Positions 27,946-41,074 of a DNA stretch of 64,000 nucleotides are shown piece by piece. Source of the stretch: Fimbriosthenelais zetlandica. Taxonomy: Eukaryota. A program made the translations under genes and the position numbers. The notes below the pieces were generated by a model that was given only the letters and a program-made list of their open reading frames with translations, made no database searches and was not told where the DNA came from. Where the stretch lies: NCBI GenBank assembly GCA_977030845.1, contig OZ365114.1, positions 21,080,001 to 21,144,000 of the forward strand, read 5' to 3'. Position 1 is the stretch's first letter. Each line of letters begins with the position of its first letter.

Positions 27946-30900
27946 GTTGGGGGAAAAAACTTCGCAGGACGAACCAGCGGGAAATGAGGAGCTGAGAGGG
28001 GATTAGTGGCGGGGACGCATCCTGGATACGCACCGTCAACGTTAGCAACGCGTCGTCGTGTCAAGTGCAGGTGCGGGGAGACCGTGGGAAAAATTGACAC
28101 TCGTCAAACACAAAGTTTCGGAGGCCTTTAATAGGTTACACTTCATTGCCAGTCTGTAATTAACATCGCACTTCAAGTTTCTTTAAAGGGCCCAACTATC
28201 AGGGAATGGAGAGTTGTGGCTACAATGGTCCTACAATATTATGTTAAATGATCCTTGTTATCTGCTTAATAATTATGTTTGACTGATTATCATGACAGTT
28301 GTACACAGGGTTAATAAGAAGTAGGGGTTTTGGCTGACTATTGGCCTTTATGATGGTATTTTACTCTAGTCTGTACTCCACTAAAGGAGAGCAGGCCTGA
28401 CTGGCAATGGTACTCAGTTCACCTCACAGTTAGCAAGACAACAGGCCAAGAATAAAAGGTGCTGGGATGACCTTTCAAGCCGATAAACCAGGATAAACTG
28501 CCAGCATTCTTTCTTAGATGTTTTACAACTGGAAAAATGCCCAAACTACAAATTATAAAAAAAATAGTTGACTACAACGGTCCTCTAGTTTGAATAATTA
28601 TGTGAATAAAGTCCTATTAGGTTCACTATGAATGCAGCCACCAAATCCAAACAACGGGCCCATCAATATGGTTTCTCACTTCTTTTGTCCATGTTTTGGG
28701 ATTGATATCTGAATAACATGCAGTAGATAGCGATTTTAACCTAAACAGATGAATCCTTATCTTTTAATTCTGCTGACAAATCATAAAAGCTGAAATCAAT
28801 TTCAAATCGACTAACAACAGGAAAAGCAATTTGTTTCATTTTCAGGCCCTAAAATGGCCTGGATGCACTTCTCTTGGGGGAATTTTAATAGCTAAAGTGA
28901 GAAGCAATGGATGGGGCTCCACTTGGAATTGGGTGGCGAATCAAAATGTTTGACCTTACATTGTATTGGTGTCTTCATCCTTATATGGCATCATAGAAAA
29001 ATATTGATTATTTCAAGAGAGTAAAAATATAGCTATCAAAAGTTGGATTGTACATGGTGTCTAGGCCTATGCGAGCAGGCAATATATTGGTTAGACAAGT
29101 ATATACTGGCTACAGGGTCTTGTAGGACGACTCTTGAATGTCAGAGAACAACTGGTACAGACTGATAAACCACATATTTTTACTGGCGTATAACAAAAAC
29201 TGGAAGAAAAAGTTAAAGCAATGTTTTAAGCCCAGGGAGAGCAGGGAGAAGGAATTGGTGGTCAGAATAGCGTGGTGTTCAGTGAGAGATACCCTGCTCT
29301 TATCAACCTGGTCCATGGCTCTGTGTTATTTTTTCTCGTTTTGTCTTCATTGCTCGCCAAATTAGCAAGGCAAGGTTAGCTATGCATAGAGGGGCAGGGG
29401 TATAGGTGAATTCCTCGAGGGGCACCTAGTCTGACCCAGAGCAGATACCTTCAGTACAGGTGGTTCAGTCTCAGGATGCCATTGGTTGACTAATAGTGAT
29501 GCATCAGGCAATGTGTATGTTTGAAACATTAGTTTATTCCAGAAATGTTCGACACTGACAGTGTTATGGTTAAAGAACTATTGATACGTCCAGACATTTA
29601 TTCATTCAGAATCATTTGTTCCTTTCGGTCAGTCAAAACTAGTCAGTGGACCGAGAGGTAACTGCAATTGCATGTTAGCCCCTTTGCTTCTCTTTGGTTC
29701 CAGTCGGAGTCTCTTTGATGTTGCGTGCAGTCAGGAGTTTCACTCCAATTGGAAGTATGGCTCATGTCCCCAGTCATCACCAGCCCCCCTGGGATAATGA
29801 GTGTGCCATGGAAGGTGACAAACTCCACATCGGCAATCTGCCTCTCCAATGACCATCCCAACGCCCATTACCCCCAGGCGATAATTGAGTAATATTCCAA
29901 CACTGGCAAACTTGCGTCCATGGCCGAGTAAAGCCTGATGTGTCGGGGTGTACAGGCTTGTAGCTAAATGCTGTCTGGATGGATGGGAACTCTCCATGTG
30001 GAGCCATGAATAAGCATGGGGAATAGCTTTTTTATTAATTTGCTGAGATGTGATTTTCACATGAATCTGGTTGCCTGTACTCCACAGTCTGTAAAGCTCA
30101 GGAAATGACTCAGGATAGAAATAGACCTTCACAAGGGGAGACATGATTTGCAACAGCAACAGTTTAATTTCTACTTCTGATGAAAAATGTCGCTTTTAAA
30201 TTGACCCAGAGGATGAAGGCAGAGACTGTTGGAAGTAAATTGTGGTCTGATGCTAAAATCCACTACATTTAAAGCTGTGAAATATCAGCTGCCATTGGCA
30301 TCGCCCAGAACTGGTGGCTCCCCACAACGACCGCTGGCATATTCCCAGTTATTCAGCTTCGGTCAAGCATTTCATCATAGCCCAGGGGATGATTTACACC
30401 TATTGTCACCCCTGAGGTATGCAATGAAGTTGGTGTGGGTATAACAGATCTATCTCACGCTTAGTTGCCGGCTATTCTATCGCTTGTAAGATCAGTCTGC
30501 CTGTGGCTCAAGGCAGACTAATATAGATCTCTGGAAGTGAAGGAAGGAGTCTTTACTATAGTGCAAGCCGTTACAGCTGACGCCATGCACATCTCCTCTC
30601 ATTTTACTCACTTTAACTAATTTAATTAATTAAGGTTTCCTTAATGGTAATTACATGCTTACATCATCATTATTATCATCATTATAAAGCTGACCTCCCA
30701 TGATATGGCTGAAAATTCAACCCATGTTGTTATTGAGCTCTTCCCAGAGAGCGACCTTGTTATCCTAATGGCATTACACAAGCCACCAGATTTATGTTAT
30801 TATTTTTATGCTACCAATTGACATTACTGGACAGAATTCTTTAACAATGTAACCACTGCATAGTCCATGATTGGCCAGGGACTGTATTAGCATATCTGTC

Positions 30901-33900
30901 CGTGGGGAGTTTGGTGAGAAGGCCTGAATAAGCTGATTTCCTGACCAATTCATGAGGAGCCCTGAGGACAGCTCAAGGTTCAATGATCCAGACATCCTGA
31001 TTGAGACCCCCAGACCTCCAAGCCCAGATAAAGGTTGTTATGCCATTCTCGACCTGTTCCAAGTGCCTTTAAAAATAATCAATGCATTAATAGTTTAGCA
31101 GAGACATCTAGGTAGAGCCCAGGTTTTTCTCATCTGATGTGAAATTGGGGGATGGTGGGCGTGTATCATGGTTGGAAGTTTTCAATTTTCAGAACAATTT
31201 ACATCCCAAAACAGGGAACTGTGCGTGGGCGTCAATTACAAATTAAATGCATGGGATGTATACATATTGCAGAGGATTTAGAGTGATCACATTCATTCAA
31301 TCAAGCAGCTATATATCTTAGAGTGAGCTTCGTCACACATGTGAACTAGTCATTCCATTAGATGAAGGGATATGACTTGTGGAATACTGGATGACCACTA
31401 TATCACCCCCTATAGCCTTACTCCCAACCTCCCCTGACATCTGCTTTGGAAGGCAGTCCCAGCTGAGAGCATGTAACTTCTTGTATCTCCCGCCAGTCAA
31501 ACCTTTGCCCCTCTTCCCCTGCATCCAAACAAGATATTCGGATCTGGCGGCCACTCATCTTTCAATGGTTTGACAGGGTGGTCGATCCACAGCAACTGGG
31601 CTTCGATCGACCTGCCCGCGATTCCATTTCACTGGGCATAGGCCTATATACCCCAGGCACAGCTTAGTGCGCATGTGCTGGCTTATCTTCCGGGGACCAG
31701 GGTTATTTTTTTCTACCTTCAGTCCTTTACCCCTGGCATTCCTCCCCTGCCTTCACCCCCTATTCTACATCTGTTTTAAGATGACAGTGAGTAAGGGTGA
31801 ACCTTGTTGAGGTGGGTTCCGATGGCCGCTTGTTTTTCCACCAGTGCAGTGAAGCCATCAATAATTCACCAGCTTTAAAGCCAGATGATGGTTATTTGTT
31901 TATGAATAAAAAAAGAACAAAAGTTCAAAGCCAAAATAAGCTAGGACGCACTCAGAGACATTAATAGCTTTTTGACTGTATATGTCACGTTTATATTATC
32001 TTTTTTAGTTGTCATGGCGAACTTAAGACAAACTTAAAATAATCTTGCTGAATAAAACAGGCTTGAAATTATTGAACTGCACTAGACCACTGCGAAAAAA
32101 AGAAGTATTCGTTTCCCTATTGGAAAAACATGGAGAGTCCATAACATTCCTGTCCATAAGCCCTGGTTTTCTTCAGAGGATCCATTCCACGGGGGAGGAT
32201 GGAGCTTTTTGTATGCAAACGACACTAGTCTTACCAGTCTTTGTTTTTCATGGTACATAGAACATGGTTAAAGCACATCTCTAGCTCTCCTACTTGCCAT
32301 TCGCTCAGCATCTATTAACACAATTTGTATGTGTAGGCGGGCTACATGTCATTCTGCAGCCCTCAATGAGTGAACCTTGAACAGTGTGAGCACCATTTAA
32401 TTCTCCAGTTATTCATAGGAAGAAGCCCATGGAAAGCTTGAAAGCTTCATTTTAATCCCGATACAAATTAAGTCACACGTCAGGAAAAAAGTGTGAAAGA
32501 GTTCTACTTATATGCTCTTGTACAGGCATCAATGAGGGACTTTATCCGAGATGCCAACATTATGACTCTCCACACTGCTAAGATACTATGTCTATAAGAA
32601 TCATCTGTAGAGGACTTTACTTCCAGTATTAAACAGCTATTCAGAAAGATCAGAACAAAAAATGTCTACTTAAGCTTTACTTCAACTATAGTATAGCCCA
32701 ATTACTATAATCTTACGATATTGTCTATATAAATAATACAAGAAATGAGAAGATAGTATCGGAAGTAGATGATGCCCCAAAAACAAGGATGAGAGGCAAA
32801 GGGAGCATGCAATCACAACGCTTTTTCTCCCTTAACTCCGATGTAATGGCCAGTAGTGCAGTGCTTTCTGCCATAGACTTACACAGTGATTGGGCTTTAT
32901 TCCCAGTTATGGAGCACTAAAAAGGAACCAATTTCCCATCTCAGAGATGGCACCCTGAGCATCCTGCCAGCAGCTCTCTGATAGCTGTGGGGGATCCTAT
33001 AGACGCATGGATCCATGTTATCTTATGATTCTGCACTTCTTCATTGGATATCCAGGACCACTGTTATAATATGATTACAAATGTTGTATTCATTCATAAT
33101 AAACTTTGCCATATCAAAGGTGAGTAGTAAGCCATGCAGTACATAGGGAGCGCAATAGGGTTAAATGAATCCATATAAATTAATTGAAGGTTCATGTTTG
33201 AGGAAGTATTAGTCAACCTTCCATATAAGAGATCATGCCTCCAGCACCCCCATATGAAGACTTACTTCAAGTAAAATGAAACTCTTCGAAAGACAATATA
33301 TCCGAAGTGGCAAAGCCATAATTTGGAAAATAGCCAGACCGGAAACCCAGTATAAAGGACTTCCAATACGGGTTAGCTGTCAAAACTTTGACAAAGTTCA
33401 AGTCATACCTGTCAGGAGAAAGAACAGTACTATATGCACAATGCATTTCAGCATGGCCCGGGCCTCTATATAATATTCAGAAGACCACACAAGAGTAACT
33501 GCATATATGCAAGTACATCTTTGCAAATAGACACAGATGAGAAGGAAGGAAATACATTACTTTTAGGGGCTTTAATTATGACAAGTACCTTGTAATGGAA
33601 CATCCCGAGGGCGTGTGCTGTGTGCACGCAGGCAAGGAAAGGCCCCTTGTCTTTGGACTGACTTAATTAACGCATCGTCCAAGTGATGTCCCCAACGTGT
33701 GTGTACACAACTGCTGAGACAGAGAGAAAACACTTGCAACAGTTACCAGCAGAAACAGCTGTTTGCTGCAACTTCTAACGCCAGCTTTGCCTCTGTGGCT
33801 AACTGAGATAGAATAATCCTTATCGATAGTGTTTCACTTAGCCTACCTTTCTATCGACCCAGACATGTTTTCCATCCTGGCTGTTTGGTATTTGTCATTT

Positions 33901-36900
33901 GTCAAGGATTGCTGGAGGGAATTTTGTAAAACAAATTGTCTAAACGGAAAATTTTAGTTTAAAAGAATTTGTTGGAGTTGGTACAGGCAACCAAATGTAC
34001 ACTTGGAAACTAGAAAGAAATAAGTGCTGGCTTTCTCCCTCTCTATTCTAATTATTCTGTATGAATGGAATCTTCTTTCTAGCGTAGATGGTGGCAGTTT
34101 ATTGGAGAGAAAGAAACCAGAGGAAAGTTCAGAAAACTCCAAAAGAGGTAATCTAGTGGTTTAGCGGAATTGAATCTCAAAACCGTAGTTGCCATCTTCC
34201 CGTGGGCTGAAAATATCACCTTGGTGATGGCAAAGTTCCTGCCTCCTAATTTTCTGGTCACCGGAGAGGAGCGGAATGAATGAGTTTAGGGATGCTGAAA
34301 TAGATTCTGACATTTAGGGACCATGTCCAGAATAGATGAAGACCCAGAAGGGAGGTGAGTGTACGAGAAAAGGAAACTGTGGGCCCGCTAAAGTACTGTA
34401 TATCATAGTGGGTATTAACCCTTCCAAAATCATTGCTGAGTTATCAGATTCAGATGGTATACTGATGATTCATATGACAGTTTGAAATTGGAACTGAAAG
34501 AGGAACCTTGAGATGACATGAGAAATGATTTCCTCTGTCAAAAACCACATAAAATTCTTCCTTTCAAGGTCTTGAGAACAAAAGAAATATTGACTGCATT
34601 GAGAAGAAGTCACTTTTTTCATTTCCCAGTGATATAAAATGGCAACATCGTTAAGAAAACGTGCACTTTTCTCCTCAACAATAAGAATCAATGGACTTTT
34701 CTTTTTCCTAAAAGCTACATCCAAGACGCATGTCACAGCCACTAAGGGCTGGTACTTGCCCATAAAACATCACACCAAGATTATTGAATCAGAAAACAGT
34801 ATTCTTCCTGGGAGACTGAGATCCTATTCATGGACATCAACCTCTGAAATTGTTGGAGAGTGGGTGTACGTGATGTTTCTACACAGTCTAACGGCCAATG
34901 ACAGGCATTGGTAAGGCAGCTCTCTATCAAAAAGCCTCTGGAAATTTACTTAACAATAAAGCTATTGACTGTCAATGTTTGCTGCCGAGTTCAGAGGTGG
35001 TTCACGACAGTCAGACACGTATTGATCTAGGTCTCTGTCAGCTGAGTGGCTTCACCTCCTTGTGGTCAGGAGCCTATCTGTAACACTTGGTCACTACTCT
35101 ATGTACAAATGACATCGAGGTTCTTCAGGCGATGGTTGCAGTCCAGGGAGGACAAGACTGGACTAACAGTAGAGAGAGACATCAAATGATCGTGAGTGGA
35201 CCAAGCGGGTTATTCAGTAGATAGTAATGTTGTTTCTGCTCTGTTGTTTATAACTCTCCTTCAAACCTAAAAAAGGCAACGTCCAGGTTATGCCATTGTC
35301 GGCTGTTATTGTTGAGGGTCCATTGATATATCGCTGTTCTTGAGTTCAGAGTCATCAATGGTTTCAAGATTCCCAAGAATATTATTCATAATCTGACCTG
35401 GGAAAGACACCGATCAATTCTTTTTAGGCGACAATGCCTTCTTTCCAGAAGCAGATCACTATAAGCTCATTGGTCATTCAGCAGACAACAAAAGAAAAAT
35501 AACTTTAAAAAGACAAACACAGACAAAAATGATGTGGAAAAAAACTGACATGAAATGCACTGGCTGACAGCATCATCAATCAGAAAGGTTGGACAGACAA
35601 AAGAGTAAAAGAAAACTTAGAGCTTTTACGGGAATTGGCTGATAGCTACTGCAGGAGCAGCTCCAGTCAACCACCATCAATTGCTCCTAAAAAGCAGTCT
35701 CTCCCTCTCTGGAATCCCAATGTTCAATGTAGCCAAAAGGTGACAAACCCAATATTTCTGAAAAAGACTGCTGCTATGGAAACATCGGTTTTCAGAGGGA
35801 ATAATAGACCACATTATGAATACACGAGTAAAGTCTGACAATCTTTGATAGCTCACCACACTTCACAATTGACGGTAGATACATTTCAAAAGCTTCGGTT
35901 CTCCATGTAAGTTGAAAAATAAATGTAAATTATTTTCAACGCCAGAGGGCAGTCACATTCCACCAGAGTAAATCTTTTCAACAATTTATATAGCTTAAGA
36001 TATGAGTGAAAAGCACTATAGTAGAGGCCGTAGTAACAGGCTCACTCAAAAGGCGTGCGAAAACAGGTACCACTCCAAGGTCTTTTGAGTAAATAAGATA
36101 ACAGGGAGGACATGTCTGAAAGAACTGTGCTTTGCCTTCGGTGCGCTTTTTGTGAGCCACCCCGATTTCCAATCAGCCCCACTCTTGCACTTCATTGGAG
36201 ACCATTCATGCTTCATCCCTTGCTGCACTAATAGGAAACTCTCTCCCCCATCACAGGTATAGCCACCAATGCTCATACCTCCATTGAGGCTATTGATGTG
36301 AAAAACTAGGCCAGTCTTTATATGTATCTCTAAATGAATGGTATGTTTTTTCTCTGGCCCAAGCTATAGTACAATAGCTAAGCTTTGCTGTAATGAGCTG
36401 CGCATTAGAGCTTCACATCATCTCATTTCAAAACCAATGTTTTCATAATGTCATAGCTTCATTTATATAAGGGAAGCATCCATCTTCCACTTTCATGTTC
36501 CTCTGCTACAACAATTGCCTAATGACCAGCCAACGCAATGAATAGCAGCCCACTGATGCTTGCAAGGAAATCATAATTTAATGCTTTAACATTTGTAAGC
36601 TTACAAAGGAACATCTGGAGCCATATAGCTAAACAAAAGTGATATCCCCACTGATAATATATCACATTAAATGTGTAAACTAAAAAGTTCTATACTACAT
36701 CAGCCAGTTCTGATGGTTGAAAGGAGTGTGCTGAAGTGTGGTGTGTGGGGACCTTTAGAAAGAGGTCTGGTCAATCGTGCCCAGATTTTATACTTGGTTT
36801 TACTGACACCGTCGTCATGCAACCTGTCTTATGGATGCAATCAGAAAGAGCTCATTGCCAACACCTTACATCCTCCTTTTCAATGAATACTAATTGCTTA

Positions 36901-39900
36901 TGCATATTTAACACAATTACCTCAAGTTTGTCAAGACCCATCTATGAAGTTTTCTTGAGGATAGACTTGATTTCACATCAAACATGACAATGTCATCATT
37001 AAGTAGGACTATATACTTGAAGGCAATGTCAAAACCCATCCAAATTCATCAAAGCAAAATAACTGGGTTTCACCATGGAAAGATGGCATCTAAAGGAAAA
37101 ATGTTCATCTCAAGTGTCTTCACCCTTTTTCTGGTGAGGCTAGAAATGTCACACCTTGGGACTGGTTTTCGCATGGTTCGTCTTAATTACAATTGGGTAC
37201 TTGGGTATCATGCAGGAAATGGGTCAGCCAGGAATCCGAAATGATGGACTTTGACTCTACGACCCTCAACGGATACAAAATATCTTGCTGCGAATTATGG
37301 GTTTAGAAAGAGACACCAGAATCATGTTTCATCAGGCTGTGAAAATAATTATGACATGTCATCTGAGAAACACTCATGATATCCCCCCCCCTCCCTCCGT
37401 GCCCACCGTCAGCTCATTCACCAGGCTAACTGCCTCAAACAGGTTCATGGCCATGTCTTCCTTAATCACCTAACTTAACATTGCACTTCACTAAGTCCCT
37501 ACAATTATCAGATATAAACTAAATCTTTTTCTTTCAGATATTTTTATTTGTAGGAGGGCCGGTGGTTGTTATCAGGAACAACAGCTCGGTGTTCCTATCA
37601 TATGTGACTGCACTTTCTCAGACCCGCTGATCAGCTATCTGACATCAGTTGCTATGAGACTGGCATGCTCGTCAGTGATAATCGGTGAATATAGACCGTT
37701 TTTCAACTCGTCAATCTTACTTTAGCTTACGCTTGCTTTATGTCATAGCATTCTTTGCTTGTTCATTGGTGTCCCTGTGTGATAATTAATTAGGAATGAG
37801 ATATGAAGACGATATACATGTATACTCTTCTCCCTTCCAGCACTAATTGGAAACGTAGTAAATTGGATGGAATTCCAATCAACACCAATTTCTCTTTCTC
37901 CACTGATTCCTTTCAAAATGGAATTCTTCATTCGGTATCCATTTTCTCAACAACATTTATATGGATCTACACACCAGAAGAATAATCATGCAAAAATGTT
38001 TTGCACTAAATAAGAGTACATGCATGTACATAGGCCTATAAGGGCCACAGATCTATCAACTGAGTGACAACATTCAGGGTTCCTTGAAAAGACATTTTTC
38101 TGTCCCTTTTGGACTAAAATAAGCAAATCATCAAAGGTCTGATAGGGTTAGCACCAATCATATGGGTGAGGAAACAGTTTCCTGCCTCTATTTCCCTCTG
38201 TTACCTTATAGGGTGGAACAAGAAGACATACTGTGATGGGTAGACCTGCTAGCTTACTGATGGTAGGACTTTACCACAACTCAACTATTCCCCGACCCCT
38301 CCAGCAGCGGATTGGCCAGCAACAGAAGTAAAAGGCATCTAATACAGTCATTGAGGCGAAATAACACAATGATGTATAGATAGCAACAACACTTTTGCCT
38401 ACATAAACAAGCCGGAATTTCATTTGTTTTGTGGAGACTTGGCTCTTGGTTTCAGCAAGAACAAGTTTCTGAGTAATGTTAAATATGATGGGTATTGGAA
38501 GCTCTGGGTTACAATTCTGGTACATGGTGGGAAGCTATAGTTTCAGGGACTGGTTGGAGATACAGACAGACACGGTGGTAGCCACTATGGTGATAGATTA
38601 ACCATGGTAATCCCCGCCAAGACTAGACATCATTAATCTACTTAAGATTTAAAGCACCAGGGAGATGCTATATAATATACAGCCAAGTATTAACCCCCTT
38701 GTTATTACACTAATAAATATCCTACTAGAAGGAGTATACCAAACATACCGAATAGAATAATTCCCTTCAGTGAGCTATGACCAGAGGGCCATAGAATGAT
38801 TGGAGGTACTATCAATACCTTCTGGCTCGTGCATAGAGACATAAGAAAATAGCATCTTAAAACCAAGTTTAAGTTTTTGCTAGGTATAGGGAGATATCGG
38901 CGTCCTCTCATCTCTCAACGCGTGTAGTAAGGTATGAGAAGGATTGAGTTGCAGCCTTCTGCTGACCCTTGACCTGAAGGATGTCAAGCCTATTCCACCA
39001 AGCTCTTCCTAAATGAAAAGCACTGCCAAGTCAGGGGTGTAATCATGCCTCAATCTCTTCACATAAGATAGCCATTAATGCTGGGGTCGCAGACATATGG
39101 TAATATATCAAACCCAAACGTATGATATGATAAATTACATCAATATTTTTCATGCAATTGGCCTTGAAATTGCTAAAGGAAACGGTGGGAATTGGAAGGG
39201 ATGGGATTGCCCTATGATAATGCATAATATCACTCATGTTTAAGTATCCCATCATGACAGCTCCTAATTATTGTTATATAATGATTATCTCAAATTTTAA
39301 TTAAAAAGGCAAAGAGATTTCAGACTTGATCCCAATGAATCATGCATCTGGGATACACAGAAATGGAATCGCTATAGGGCCTATATGGCTTATTCGGCAT
39401 ATGGTTTAATTAGGGGGAGTCCCTTGACAGAAATAGATGGAAAATTCCCCATTAATTTTCTGGAACTAATGAAGATATGTCATCAAAGCAGACATGATGT
39501 CTCTTATCCTCTGGCTATAAACTAATGGGTTGACTCTAGTGCACTGCATGCAGACCTACTATAGTATATACAAACTATAGCACAGCACCATGATTTATCA
39601 GATGGACCCGTATGATCCATACCTCTCCAGGGCTTCTTTAGGATCAAAATTTACCCATCCAGGGGGTGGTTCAGACACAAGAGGATAGTAACTTTGATCT
39701 CAGCTCATTCTACATGCCACCAGAGCAGCACAGTGCTCCTCGATTCAACTTAATCCTTGGTGTCCTCTTCATCATGGAAGCAGAGAGCTCCACCTATACC
39801 TCCATCAACTTCTCAACTCCCAGGAGATCTTCAATTTACTTTGATCTCTCTGTGACTTATATCTAAATATTTCCTACTCTTCCGGGAGCCCTGGCCTTTC

Positions 39901-41032
39901 AAGTTTTGAACTAAATTTTATTTACCGATGGGGTTTTTAACAAGAAACTGAATCATTTTGCGGAGTACCGTGCATCAGGAAGGGCGAACTCGGGAAGAGG
40001 CTTTCTGGATTGTTCCCCTCCCAGACAGGAAGTAGTAATTGGGGTCCCACATTGACCCAGCCTCACCCGGAGCTGATGCATTCGGCAAAGTAACGGGGAC
40101 GGGGGATATCGGAGGATATGCATCTACGTCCGTGGCAACACTTAACTCCTCAGTGTCTTCCTTACAATCACTTATCTAAAATGTATGAGACTAGCTCTAA
40201 ATCCTTCCCCATTGGATACCACCTTTCACCCACGGATCATATGAACACATCATCACCGTCGTCAGCATCTAAAGTGTGAGTGAGCCACTTTTCACCAGCT
40301 ATCTCATGACAGACTTACTCTTTATCCACACTAAGCAAAGGATGAAGTTTCAAGCTTCAACACTTGCTTGAAAAAGTGAGGAATCAGAGGCACCTGCTGT
40401 GTCCACAGTTTGCCTGCAGCTGGAGGCGGTGGTTGAAGTGAAGCTTGAAAGGTGTGCCACCATCTATCACCTGTTAGCATCTATTATATCATATACACCC
40501 ACCACACTCAACAGTAAACCTCATTATAGCAAGCAAGCTTCACAAGCTCCAGCAAATTGAGGCCGTGTTACCCTTCTATATGTTTATCTTTCATCATTTT
40601 TTGATTGGCAAAGTACAATATTGCCGGCTCAAACTGCGTGAAATTCATCTGGAAAGCCTACTGCAGTAGGCACACCACCAGCAGTACACGGCCTGTCATT
40701 TTAATTTTGACGATGAAGTCATCTACTATAGTGCAGTGCTTTCTCAAGTACAAAACTCATCTTTGTGTTTAAGCCACCGCCATGCAAAGACAATGCTTTG
40801 CATTTACACACATCTACCATACCCTCAAGGGGGCTAATAGATAAATATTACAGAAAGGTAAATGAGGTGATTCCTCACATCTCTGGCAGCTCCAGTCTGC
40901 AGGAAGTAAATGATAGCAAGTTAAACATTAAACATTTACAAGGGGACTCTTCCATTGAATTCGTTTTTTTGACCTCATGGCAGAATAAGCCCTTTGTACT
41001 GGGCACTCGTTCTGACTTAAATCTTTGGAATT

Positions 41033-41074
41033 CAACTAGATCTACTAGTAAAGCAACTAGATCTACTAGTAAAG
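41033..41074. repeat. Perfect 21-bp tandem duplication (CAACTAGATCTACTAGTAAAG x2)
   Basis: Copies at 41033-41053 and 41054-41074. It explains the TRSTSKA repeat in ORF 40765..41175. Confidence 0.95.
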
